This document shows positions 12,783 to 25,198 of a DNA stretch of 64,000 nucleotides, one piece after another. Source of the stretch: Selaginella moellendorffii (Eukaryota; Plantae; Lycopodiophyta); the NCBI RefSeq assembly GCF_000143415.4, contig NW_003314323.1:252499-316498 (forward strand), given 5' to 3'. The notes under the pieces are model-generated. The model ran no database searches and was not told where the DNA came from. It saw only the letters and a program-made list of their open reading frames with translations. Every line of letters begins with the position of its first letter. Position 1 is the first letter of the stretch. The position numbers and the translations under genes were made by a program.

Positions 12783-13930
12783 TGTCGCGCATGTGACTTT
12801 GGGTATCGAAAATTACCTGTCGACCAGTCCTTACGGACACTCTTACCTTACTGCCACGATGGCAGGAGGTCGGTATTGCTGGACCCTTTATCAGTCCCTC
12901 TTGTTCAAGTGTTAGTAAACTGGGCTTAGCATCTGTACTTGGCCAGATGAGCATAAGGAAGGAATTCTTAAGTGTCTATTTAGCTGAGCATACTCGGCCC
13001 GGCTTGTTAGTTCTCTTTTGCTCTGTCTTGCACTGGCTTGACAAAAACCCTCGCGTATTGAGATTGGTCCCTCAATATCGCTGGATGATAGCTTACTGTG
13101 TCTGCCAAACACCCTCGCTATCATGCCCTTTGTGTTAGTCTCATTTCGGTCCCAAATGCTATTTATGGAAAGTGTCCAGATTTGCTCATTTGGCATATCT
13201 ACGGAATGTAGAGTTCGGCCTGAACACAATAGTGTTCGTCCCATGTCCAAATTCACAATCTAGGGACATTCCATATTTAGTAAGTTTCGAGCTTGTCCCA
13301 GAGACTAACTCCTAGTACTAAGGGAGGCTTGGGGTGAAAGCCCAAAGCGTGTGTTCCTCAAGGGGGGGGGGGCTGTGGGGGGTTCCAAATGTATAGTAGG
13401 GATAATGGGTAGATTGGGCATGGCCAACCAACCTGAGGCATAGTCTAGCTCCCGCTTGCGTGCCTGTCCTTGTTCTGCGTCCGGCTTGGGTCTAAGCCCA
13501 AGTTCCATTCCATGCTAGTTGGTGGAGTACCCATATCCTCGTGTTAGGCCACCGGTATGCCGAAATAGCGCCAGACTCCGTTTGGCTCCGTTTTGCGTGC
13601 TAGTCCTGGCATTAGGATGCTGGTTACTCTAGGACTGTTCCAAGTCGCTCCGGGCCCCTGTTCCTTCGCTCCTTGGGCTTTATGCTCGGGAGTTACTCCG
13701 TGGTTCGGTTCCGTCACTCCTTGGCTCCATGCTTGGGGGTTTTGGCACCGTTCCTTCGTTCAGTGGTCCAAGGCCCTGAACCTTGGGTTCCTATGGACAC
13801 GTGGCATGGACACGTGACATGTGACACGTGGCATCTGTCACGTGGCACAAAGAGGGTTTAGGTTCCGCTTCATGGTGTTATCCTATGGTAAATCACCATA
13901 GGATAAAGGGTCAAAACCACGTGCGCTACA
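12783..13930 (+). repeat. 5' LTR of the LARD-like element
   Basis: TGTCGCGC...GCGCTACA; direct repeat of 18909-20056. Confidence 0.97.
13798..13846 (+). promoter_or_regulatory. Four tandem G-box/ABRE motifs (CACGTG) in the LTR; also at about 19924-19972
   Basis: CACGTG at 13798, 13811, 13825 and 13839, mostly as CACGTGGC. Function not shown. Confidence 0.55.
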
Positions 13931-16900
13931 TTTGGTATCAGAGGATGAGTCTCAGCGAGTACTATTCAATGAGATTGGGCAACTAGTCTCATTGCATACG
14001 CAGAGATGAAAACGATGGTCCGAGTGGGTACACGTTTGGTGCAAAGGGTTCACATTCGTTCCTTGGGTATGGTTTTGGTTACCTTTTGTACCTAATAATG
14101 TGAGCTTGCTCTTGGGCTCATAAGAGGGATTAAGTTGTTCCAATTTGCACGAGTTTGCGCTTGGGCTCGTGTGTAAGGCACATTAGCAACTCAAGGTTAC
14201 ACTTTGAGTTGGCAGGATTAATGTTAGCCTATCAGTGGTTCCATGAGTTGTTCCATATACCATGGGTAAAAGAAAACCTTCCCTGAGTTTGCTATGAGTG
14301 GCAAATAGGCTGGTCCGTAGTTGTTTAGCACGGCACTAGTGGATCCTTCCTAGGCATGATTACAAGTGAATCAACCAAGACTGTAGGGATTAGTCTATTG
14401 GTTCAAGTAGTCATTGTCGTGCTCTCTTATAAACTTTTCTTGGATTGGACTGAAGGCAGTGCGAATGCAAGCTTGAGGTGTAAGTCAAAGATGAGACCGA
14501 AAAGAGAGTCATCAGGGACGAAGGATCAAATACGTAAATCATTTTCTCTTCTTGGAGAGATGATTTGCAACGAGGTGTTGACTCATTGCTCATGTTCACA
14601 TTATGCAATCAAGAGTCCCTACCTTGATGCATCTTGGAGATGATGGTCTTACAAATGGTGAGTTGTGGGATGGATAGCGGTGAAGCGCTAAACCATTTTG
14701 TCTAAACTTGCTATTGAAGACTTGGGTTGCAATGCTCAATTCTTTTCCGGGGAACTTTGCTGTTGCTCCTTGAGTAGCTTGGTGTTGGATTAGTTTTGAG
14801 TTTGGTCAGATAGAGAGTGGCATGAGCTTGTCTGTGTTGTGAACAAAAGTTGGTGGTATTTGGTGTTATAAATCTCTATCAGTGGAGTGTGGCATTTATG
14901 TTGCATTTTATTGAATTGAGTTGACACTTGATACTTACGTAAACCTTTGTAGTAGTGACATGGGTGATATTTGTAGTGTTGCTCGATTGATAATCAAGTC
15001 ATTGTGATTTCTATATCATATCCATGTGATAATGAGCAATGTGTTTACGAAGTTGCTTGGTTAAATGATGATCAACCCCAAAGTGGTTGATGGTGAAGCT
15101 AGTCTACTTGCAAGTAGTAGCATTGTAGTAGCTTTGACGGGATTCTCGATAATGGTCCATTATACTAAGCTTAAGTTGGTTCCTTGTTTCCTTGAGTTTG
15201 CCCATAAGGTGTTGGAAAAGGGTTGTAGCATTCATTTGCTATAACTCATCGGTTGATCCGTTAGCACTTGGAGTAGATTATTGGATGGAGAAGGTGTGAG
15301 GTTGATGCATTGATATCGCAAGCACTTGTGTTAGTGGAAGTGGCATCGTTATTTCAAGTGATAAGGAATTTTCCTTGGACCTTGATTTTCCATATCATTT
15401 TTCTTGTTAGTGTTTTGGCTTCACATTGAATCTTGAAAGTGGTTGAAGAAGAGTGTTAGTGCAATGTAGATATCCAAAGATGTGGTCTTCGTGATCAAGC
15501 CTTGGATGTTCACTTTGCATTTTATGCGGTGTTGGATATCGGAAGTATGGGCAAAAAGATGTTCGAGGCTTAAGCATACTATGGGTCATGAGAATTGGTG
15601 TCAAGGTGAACCTATGTGAAGTTGTTGGTAGGAGGAAGTTGGTTGAGTCTTGAGAGTTTGCATTCCTGGACTGAGAGTCATTCTTTCTCTGGGATGGAAA
15701 ATTTCCACAAATTTTCTTAGACTTCTCCAATGGCTGATCTGTTGATCACTTTGCCGAAAACCATTCCGTTTTCATAAGCCAGTACAAATTAGTGAAGGGG
15801 TTGGAGTTAACTTCAGTTGGCTTAGACCTTAGTAAGTAGTTTGTATGATGCGGCCCGAAAGGGATACTGACTTTTAGGGCTAAGGCAATTGAGTTGGATA
15901 GAGTCTGGAGTTGGTGTAGAAAAGTGGCCTTTACACTTTTCTAGAAAGGTGACCCTTGTGCCTTTCTTTTGTAGCGTTATGCTTGGTGGTAGGTTGCACT
16001 TTGCATTTCGTTCGACTCTATAAGAGTAATGAGCTCTCACTGATCTTGACTTGGTCTTGGTGGCCTTACGCCTTGGCTGAGGATGGTGATGTTCAACTTA
16101 GTTGTTTGAGTTTGAGATGTTGGTACCTGTATTGTAGCTTTGTCTATGAGGAGATTGTGTACCGATATGAGTCCATTTCATGGTCTTCACTTTAGTTTCG
16201 ACTAAGTGTTGGTCATGTATAGCTAGCCTCTTCAAGGCATGCTCAGAGCTAGTGGCTAAATGCATTGGTGAGCTTATCGCGGTTGAGTTGGATTTGAGTG
16301 GTCATTTAGTTCGTGCTTGTCCATAAACCTTTATCTCATACCTAGGGTATCAGGTTCATGTTGGACAAGTATATGACTTGATGGCATGAGTTTAGTGTTT
16401 GGGTCTTGTGGAGACAAGTTGAAGAGTGGTTGTTAGTTGCTTTGCGACTAGTGATTGCTTGTAGACTTCGTCGAGGACTGTTGACACTTGCTTCGCTCGA
16501 TGATATTTTAGCAGTGATGGGTTTGCTTTACCGGATGGGGTTGCGGAGGATCATGTCGTTAGACTTACATGGGTTTTCCATGTTGGTATGTCGACTTTAC
16601 CTCTGCTGATATCATTTGGTTGCATTTAGTTCATAGTGTTGCATTTCATTGAGTCTTGGACGTGATGAATCACTCCTTGATGAAGTGTTATCTGTAACTG
16701 AGTTTTGTTAAAGGATTGGTCTTGGATACTGAGTAAAGTATCTCCGACTTTGGTTAGCTTGGTTGCAAGAGAGTTTTGAGTGGTGATTCACTCTTGCTTT
16801 CTTTTAGCTTTGTTATGGTGTTGATGGCATTGAAGTGATGCCTTGTCGTTGATATTATTGATGTTGAGATTCAAGTGAGATGAGATGTTTATCCTTAGGA

Positions 16901-18908
16901 TTGACATTGAGTTTCATTAGTCTTGATGAAGATATTGTTGATGATTTGGCTATAGCTTTGTGTTATTAGCATTCGTGCATTTGCTAGTTAGCAACTGTGT
17001 TGACGTTCAAATGAACTGAGTGGCAAGTTTGAGTTAGTTGTGTTCTAGACCAAGTTGTTTAGTAGAGGTTGAGCTTTGAGCTTTTCTTTGAAAAGTGATT
17101 TAGTCATGGACTATGCTAACTCTACAAGTGGGAGAGTTAGTGATCGATATTGGAAAGTTTGAATCCTTATTGGATTTGAGTTGGAATATATCGATCATTG
17201 ATGGTTCTTCTTGTGCTTGTTATGAAGTGAGTTACGTCTTGCTATAAATGGATTCATGGAGGATCGTTTGGTGATCACTTGTCAAGCATAGATTCATTAT
17301 GCTTAGCTTTTGGATTGATGCAGACATGCTCTTCATTAGCTTTGGCATTATGGAGTTTAGCTTATGGATGTGTTGAGGAATATATTGTGGGTTACGCCAT
17401 GATTTCTTCTTTAGCATTGAAGTTAGTTCATGCAAGACTTGTGATCATTGTTAGGCAAGACTTAGCTATAGACTTCTTCGAACTTTTGGTTCTTTGAGTT
17501 TTATGCTCATTGTTCCATTTGTTAGGAGTTGTTGGGGGAAGCATTTTGGCTCATTAGCTTCGATGTTGACGTTAGTCTTTGCATCTAACAATCATTGGTG
17601 GTGATTGACTATCATCTAAGATAGTTGATTATCCTTGTCAAGGGTTTTGCTTGATTATTGTTGGTATAGAATGATTTTCTGTTCTTCGGGATAGTAGATT
17701 CTTTCTTCAATGATGATTATGCATTTCTCTATTGATAGGATGATTAATGATCTTTTATGGTGGTTAGTTGTTTTCTTTGATGGCTTGTGGCTTTTTGCAA
17801 TATCACATGTTCTTTGTGATTTGCTCTGGATTGGTCTCTTGGGTTTGAGACATCAATAGGATGTTGCTAACACTTGCTTAGGCAACTTAAGTTCCTTGGT
17901 ATTGTTGGCTGAGATCTATTCAGATTAGCTAATGTGATAGTTGACATGAATGAGTGTTTGTTGGTCTTACCACATTCATTCTGTTCTGTTGATTATTGCT
18001 CGAGTTAGTTCTGATAGGTTGGGATGTTATTTCCTTCGGGTGATACATTCGCGAGCATTGTGCTTGTTAATCAATGATACTTTGTGTTCTTTAAGTTATT
18101 TCTAGTAAGTTGTTGGCTTACTGTCTGCTATCTTCGGTAGTTAAGTTTCATTATTGAGTTTACTTGATGATATACTTGCTATTGAATTTCGTTGAATGGT
18201 GATCCTATGTTTCCAAAAATGATGATCTTGGTGATTCCTCTCTACTATAATACTGGTTTATCGGATGATAACTTGCTTAGAATACTTTTGTGTTCTACTT
18301 TAAGATATAGTCACTGATAATTAAGACTCTAAGATATCATTGTCTCTGACTTTGATATTGTCCATCTATTGATCTTTGCGTTTGGGCCAGTAATAGGCAG
18401 ACTGGCTTCGGCACTTCGTGTGCATGTTGAAATCTCTAGTCATGGGGTAGCTACTGTCGACTGGTCACATAACCCGCCTCTCTGTCGATGTTCCTTATTC
18501 CGTTTGAAAGGGCGTGACCGTGTAAACAACTCTAACTGCCTGTTTACAGTAGTCTATCTAAACCTTACCGACGGGTTTGGTTTCTTTGCTCAGGAGGGTT
18601 GGGGCCTCTGGCTTCTCTCTCTAGGTCTCTGCGGGCAGGGGCATATCACACTTTTGTAGCCGGGTAACACCCAGAGCAGCAAGGGTGGCTGACTCCGTTG
18701 GTCATTTCCTTGTCGGCGACGGCCAGAAGGTGTCTGAGCTGGTAGCACATCCGTGTTAGACAAAGAGGTTGCCTCCTAACTCATTTAAGTTGGTGCATTT
18801 CTCACATAGTGTGAGTACTGTGAACTTTTTCTGGAGTTGTTTCCTTGGCGGTATTCTAGACTCGAGTATGCATCGACGAGGACGTCGATCTTCTCTAGGG
18901 GGGGAGAG

Positions 18909-20056
18909 TGTCGCGCATGTGACTTCGGGTATCGAAAGTTACCTGTCGACCAGTCCTTACGGACACTCTTACCTTACTGCCACAATGGCAGGAGGTCGGT
19001 ATTGCTGGACCCTTTATCAGTCCCTCTTGTTCAAGTGTTAGTAAACTGGGCTTAGCATCTGTACTTGGCCGGATGAGCATAAGGAAGGAATTCCTAAGTG
19101 TCTATTTAGCTGAGCATACTCGGCCCGGCTTGTTAGTTCTCTTTTGCTCTGTCTTGCACTGGCTTGACAAAAACCCTCGCGTATTGAGATTGGTCCCTCA
19201 ATATCGCTGGATGATAGCTTACTGTGTCTGCCAAACACCCTCGCTATCATGCCTTTTGTGTTAGTCTCATTTCGGTCCCAAATGCTATTTATGGAAAGTG
19301 TCCAGATTTGCTCATTTGGCATATCTACGGAATGTAGAGTTCGGCCTGAACACAATAGTGTTCGTCCCATGTCCAAATTCACAATCTAGGGACATTCCAT
19401 ATTTAGTAAGTTTCGAGCTTGTCCCAGAGACTAACTCCTAGTACTAAGGGAGGCTTGGGGTGAAAGCCCAAAGCGTGTGTTCCTCAAGGGGGGGGGGGCT
19501 GTGGGGGGTTCCAAATGTATAGTAGGGATAATGGGTAGATTGGGCATGGCCAACCAACCTGAGGCATAGTCTAGCTCCCGCTTGCGTGCCTGTCCTTGTT
19601 CTGCGTCCGGCTTGGGTCTAAGCCCAAGTTCCATTCCATGCTAGTTGGTGGAGTACCCATATCCTCGTGTTAGGCCACCGGTATGCCGAAATAGCGCCAG
19701 ACTCCGTTTGGCTCCGTTTTGCGTGCTAGTCCTGGCATTAGGATGCTGGTTACTCTAGGACTGTTCCAAGTCGCTCCGGGCCCCTGTTCCTTCGCTCCTT
19801 GGGCTTTATGCTCGGGAGTTACTCCGTGGTTCGGTTCCGTCACTCCTTGGCTCCATGCTTGGGGGTTTTGGCACCGTTCCTTCGTTCAGTGGTCCAAGGC
19901 CCTGAACCTTGGGTTCCTATGGACACGTGGCATGGACACGTGGCATGTGACACGTGGCATCTGTCACGTGGCACAAAGAGGGTTTAGGTTCCGCTTCATG
20001 GTGTTATCCTATGGTAAATCACCATAGGATAAAGGGTCAAAACCACGTGCGCTACA
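18909..20056 (+). repeat. 3' LTR of the LARD-like element
   Basis: Preceded by a polypurine tract and followed by TSD GTAGC. Confidence 0.97.
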
Positions 20057-20926
20057 GTAGCATTGATTAAAGGCAAGGACAATGAGATTTATATCTTCCA
20101 TTGGTGCAATTTGATTACAATAATAGCCAACACAATGGAACCAAGCTAAGTCCTTACTTTGCCATGTTTGGAAGGTATTCCTGAACAACAATGGAGTTGG
20201 GATTGCATTTAAGTAAGAACATTCAAGATAAGCTTGATTCTGAGGTGATTAATCTGGCCACAGTACTTGATGAGATTCTGATGGTATACAAATGGGATTT
20301 ATAGGTAGCTCAAGATAGAGTAAAGAAGTTTGCTAATGAGCATTACCAATTCCGGGAATATAAAGTGGGTGATCTCATCTTCATGTGAGTGATCTTTCCA
20401 TTAAGTGAACAGTGGAACACTTTGGTGCCTTTACGAACAAGGAAGAGTGACAAACTTTCTTATTAATATACTCGTCCATATGAAGTGTTGGAGTGTATTG
20501 GTAAAACGGTTTATTAGGTGCGGTTGCCAACTAAGGTGAAAATTCATCTGGTATTTTATGTCAACCAATTGAAAAATATACTATCTTGGAGTGACAAGCT
20601 CAATGCCTCCTTAATATATATAGCTATGGAAGATGGACCAAGAGCTTGAGCAAGGTTTCCCAAAAAGAGTGATCACAAGTATAACTCATCCTTGGGACAA
20701 AGATTTTGTTAGGGGGGAAGAATTGTTAAACACTAACTTTGACCATGTGGTTAACATTGGTCAAAAGGAAGCTCAAAGGTATATTAAAGCATGTTAAGGT
20801 AAGAGACTTAACTTAAATGGTGGCATAATGAAACTTTTTAAATAGTTCAAGGGTAGTTGGGTGATGAAGAATCTCAAGTTGAGGCATAGCATAGTTTAAG
20901 AAGGCTAAATTGTGCCAGATCATAAC

Positions 20927-21205
20927 CTCCTCTCTTTGGCCTTGAATCTGACGTGGGAGTTCCAATAGTTCTTGACATTGTTGTCCATTCTCCCAGGAAG
21001 TTGAGTAGCAAAGTAAGCCCACCTACACAGCAAAGGGAGAGATGTCGATCTGAAGCCAAACGCTCGAGCAAAAGTAAAGTACCTGTTTCCAACCAATTCA
21101 TGCAGTTGACAGAGAGTTTCCTCCTCCTGCTCGCTGAATTTTCCGTGCCTCAACTCTGGTCTCATCCATCTCAGCCTGCAACTCTTGCCAGTTCTCTGTT
21201 CTAAG
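20927..21205 (-). pseudogene. R2R3-MYB A1, R2/R3 part (exon 1 missing, 9-bp deletion)
   Basis: [38 protein letters not shown]|WAYFATQLPGRMDNNVKNYWNSH. Lacks NYL compared with A2. Confidence 0.9.
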
Positions 21206-21296
21206 CTCTCGAAAATAAAAGACAAAACAGCAATCCCAATCTCCTGTGACAGTGGAATTAATAAAAACTTGGGCATGCTCATGGTCGGTTGATAGA

Positions 21297-22080
21297 TCAG
21301 CCAGTGATGAGAGCGTAAAGTGACAATTCCAAAGATTCCCTGGCCAAGTGCCTGATGTCCAGTGCCTGGATAGAGAAAATGAAGAGAAGAAGAACCAAAA
21401 AGGAAACTCCAGATAATAGAAGAAAGATCTAGATTTCTTATACCTTGCTGCGAATGCAAAGGCTAGCCATGGCTGGACGGTTCTTGGATCCCGGTCCTGG
21501 CACCGATAATTCTCCCCGATCGATCGAGATTGTCGCGTCCTGGACGAGCAGCTGGTGCTGCCGCAAGATCCACAGCACGCTCAGCAGCAATCCCTCGCGC
21601 ATACTGCAGCTCATGCTCAAGAACTTGGATTCACAGATGTGGAGCCCCACGGGGCCGCCACCACGATCCATCACCGGCAGCGAGGAGCTTGCGATCATCA
21701 AATTCCTTGATTTACAGCGGCGTCGATCCTCGAGCACGGATTTCCTGAGCGCCAGCTCCTGGATTTGGCGCTGCAGTGACTGGATCAGCGCCATTGCCTC
21801 GGCGATGACCTCGCATCGATCCATCTGTACAGCAAAGAAGCAAGCAAAGCATTTAGCCCTTTGTTTGTTCTTGGCTGAGAATCCTAGCGATCGATCGAAT
21901 GTGATGGATGGAGCGAGAGATTACTACCTTCCAGGATTGCGATTGGAGCGGTAGCAGCACGCGCAGTCGATCATACAGCTCCTGGACCTCCTTCCGCCAC
22001 TCGCGCTCCGACCAGATGTGATTGATCCGCTGCATGTAACTCCGGCTCCGCCCTCCCTGCGCCGGAATTAGATGATCCAT
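21297..22080 (-). CDS. bHLH transcription factor B; exons 22080-21928, 21824-21444, 21365-21297 (200 aa)
   Basis: QRINHIWSEREWRKEVQELYDRLRVLLP|MDRCEVIAEAMALIQSLQRQIQEL. Same ACT-like tail and last exon (ALDIRHLARESLELSL) as A1 and A2. Confidence 0.88.
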
Positions 22081-22272
22081 GGTCGCGATCCTCCTCCTCT
22101 CGCGCGAAATCTTCGAAATCTTTTGGAATAGTCAGATCCAAAGGAATTATAAATATTCCGAACTTTCTTTCCAGGGAATCACACCGTACGCACGGTGTTG
22201 AAGCCCAGACTTGTGGTACGATGCTTGCAATGCCCGTGATCTGGGCGAAGTCCGTGGATCATGCCTTGGCTT

Positions 22273-23033
22273 CTACCTCATGAAGAACTGCCAGACGACG
22301 CAGCCAAGATCGCCATCCATCATAGGGCTTTGACCGTCTGATTGTAGCGATGCTGATGATCCAGCACTAAACTTCGCCGCTGGAGACGAGGCTGGTTCTT
22401 CTGCTGGATCGCTTTGGAGGAGGTGAGTATCGCGAAACTCTTCTCCTGCGGGGTCTGGAATCTCCGGCGTGGGAGGAGATGGAGGTGGGTCGCTTCTTTC
22501 ATGATCTTGAGAAACGGATGAGTGGGCTACAAGTGCCTTGTTCCTGATGCGCGAGTTCCACTGGTTCTTCACATCGTTGTCTGTTCGTCCGGGAAGCTGG
22601 GAAGCAATGTAAGCCCACCTGTGATTGATATCAGTGATGAGGATAAAAAAGTGATGGTGCCGGATCAAACACCTGTTTCCAACAAGCCCATGGAGCTCGA
22701 TGAGCTTTTGATTCTCCTCGTCGCTGAATTTCCCACGTTTAAGGTCCGGCCTCAAGTAGTTCATCCACCTTAGTCTACAGCTCTTCCCACTTCTTTGGAG
22801 CCCTGCAAGAAAGCAGCGAAATCAGTCCTATAGAAAACTGAGTGAGTGAGATCGTCAATCAAACCCGCAAGCTTGGGAACAGTGGTCCATACGTTTCCAC
22901 ACCCGTGCTGCAGTATGAAATTCAGCAATAGCTCGTCCTCTTTGGGTGACCACAGTCCCTTCCTCACGATCGAGCTCGAGCTCGTCGCGCCTCCCAATTC
23001 ATGATCGTCGGGTTGTTCCCTTCTCGAGACCAT
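22273..23033 (-). CDS. R2R3-MYB transcription factor B; exons 23033-22865, 22802-22673, 22618-22273
   Basis: [23 protein letters not shown]|[29 protein letters not shown]|[21 protein letters not shown]. Canonical R2R3 intron positions. Confidence 0.93.
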
Positions 23034-24315
23034 GGATCGGTGAAGAACTTTGTGACAAGGATTTCAAAGAAGATGAATTCATTTCAAGCTTGCTCTTTTG
23101 GTCATGGATCAAACTCATGGAAGGACAATATCAGTTGACACACATTTCTCACATTCCAACCACCATACACAAAAACACGGTAATGTTTTCATTTTTTTTC
23201 TTCTTTCTTCTTCTTTTTGTCCCAGCTTCATATTAAGAATCTGACAATAACTTTATTTTCTACTGTCCCAAGGTACAAAGCTTGAAAGTCCTTTCCGCAA
23301 GCTGGCCCTTTGACAGAGATTGCAAGATTGAGGCCAATGTTTTAGATCTATAGTTCTGAGTACAGTGTTTCACCTTTTTTGAGTCGTAATACCTTAAGAT
23401 GAAATTACTATATAAAAATAAATTCTACAAATCCAGTTTCTAAAATCTTTTTTGTGACAGAGAAATGATTAAAGAAATGCATTATGTCAAGTAACACATA
23501 TTGGATTATAACTCATGCTTGAAAATTTCATTTCAAAATATATACCATCTTAGCAGTATATGTCAAAACAATTAATATGCATCACAGAATGTTTTTCTTA
23601 GAAGAAAATCACTCAGCTTGAAATAATTTTAGTATTTTCTTTTTAACAAAGAATAGCATCATTTCAGAAACGTTTAGGTTCAGGTTTAGTAATGGGGATT
23701 AGTATAAGTATATTCTAGGCATAAAAAATCACCATTTTTTTTATAAAAGGGAGAAGATGTGGAAGTGGTGGTCATAGCAGCAAAGTATGGATATAGTTTC
23801 CTCCAATTTTCATGCTTGAACTTCACACCCAACACCTGATAAGGTGATAGAATTTCCACTCTCCAATCATTTTCCAAAACTAGAAGTGATAAATGGTCAA
23901 AGACTAAAAGAGAGAGTCCTAAAGAATGAGATTCATTCCCCACTAATGTGTCCATGCTTTCTCATAGAGGTGGTGACAATCCTATTAGATATGGACTAAC
24001 TTTGGTTTACAGGATTTTGATACACTATGAAATTCTTTCATTTCTTTGCATCCCCCACATTAATATAACTACTTTTAATTAAGAAATTTTTTTAATTGCA
24101 AACATGCTGTGCAGCAATATAATTTCTCATTTTTATTGCCTTTAAATTTCAATTACCAGTTTTTTTTTCTTCGCATTAGAGATTAGCTTTAAAAGTAAAA
24201 ATAAAGCAATAAAAGATGGGTCTTATTAACTATTTCTGTACCTTCACTTTAAATGAACTTGATAATAGTATATATTTAATTCAGTTAATTTAAAAATTAA
24301 TGTATTCAATGGATC

Positions 24316-24335
24316 TATATACATATATACATGTG

Positions 24336-24388
<53 letters not shown>

Positions 24389-24402
24389 ATATATATATAT
24401 AT
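24316..24402. repeat. (TA)n(TG)n microsatellite
   Basis: Direct inspection. Confidence 0.95.
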
Positions 24403-25198
24403 GATTGGAGCACATTATTTATATGCACATAGATCGAGAAGCTGTTTTCTCGCCGAGCATTTCTTCGTACGTCAGTTTGCCTCAAGATCAATCTTAAGGG
24501 ACCAATCGATTGCAGGTTCCATCCACCATCCATGCTGCTCCCAGGACACCGTGCGATTTAACGATTCTGCTCAACGACACCTGGCACGAGTTGATTCAAT
24601 GCCCAGCTCTGTCTTCCAAGCTGGCTGGCATTGCATGCCAGCAGCTTTCCCGGAAAACAGTTTGATGGGGCAATCTTTTTTCACAGGATCAAGCATTTAG
24701 CTGCTTGTCAATCACTTTAATTTACATCGATCTCTTTCGATTGTGTACACTTGATCAGCGTCGATTGTGCAAACACTTCAACATTTTGGCAGCCAGCTTC
24801 TTGTTTCGAAGACCGAGCTACAAAACTTTGAAAAGTATCAACACTCAAAGCAATTTATTTGAAATTCTCCTTTCTGGAAGGAGAGTTTTATGCGTTCAAG
24901 CTGTTTTTCCTCTTTTGACACTAAGCTCTTTTTCTTTTTTCTATGAGTTCATCTCTGGAACTTTGTGATTTCTGCAAGTATCTCTCGATTCCAAAAAGAA
25001 AACCAACCGCAATACAAATTCAAAGAACTTGCTTGCCCCAGAAATACAAACACAGATATTTCAAACTGATAACTGCAAACTTGGAGGAGTTGAGAACACT
25101 CTCGCGGACTACAACATCCAAAAGAAAAGGAGTTTATGCTCCAGCTGGTTCTGCGTCTCCATGGTGGCATGCAAATCATCGTCTCATGTTTTGGATAT

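Larger units (their letters stand above)
12783..20056 (+). mobile_element. Young non-autonomous LTR element (LARD-like) nested in the Gypsy integrase
   Basis: Two 1148-bp TG..CA LTRs (12783-13930, 18909-20056) with about 7 differences seen. TSD GTAGC (12778-12782 and 20057-20061). PBS TGGTATCAGAG at 13933, PPT before 18909. The 5 kb interior has no recognisable ORF. Confidence 0.95.
6736..20926 (+). mobile_element. Old Ty3/Gypsy LTR retrotransposon (gag deleted) inserted in MYB-A1; host of two nested TEs
   Basis: TSD CTCCT (6731-6735 and 20927-20931) with a single CTCCT at the empty site in the paralogue (about 26844). 5' LTR 6736-6887 + 10386-10436 (TGTTA...TAACA), decayed iMet PBS at about 10438-10450, RT/RH/INT 10680-12780 and 20057-20700, PPT AGGGGGGAAGAA 20711-20722, 3' LTR 20724-20926. 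Confidence 0.85.

Noticed and set aside
12940-12970. Hammerhead ribozyme (retrozyme) in the non-autonomous LTR
   Set aside because: Only CAGATGA/CGGATGA is present, not the CUGAUGA core, and I found no compatible stems.
12912-13861. ORFs duplicated at 19038-20027
   Set aside because: They recur only because they lie inside the twin LTRs; no protein motifs.
22171-22198. Helitron 3' end (hairpin + CTRR)
   Set aside because: CTGG follows the hairpin on the minus strand, but it is not followed by T and no 5' TC end was identified.
22080-22290. Single MYB-bHLH fusion protein produced by splicing
   Set aside because: There is a possible donor at the MYB-B end (AG|GTAGAA) but no good in-phase acceptor before the bHLH ATG. 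The A spacers contain AATAAA after the MYB stop. Unsupported without transcripts.
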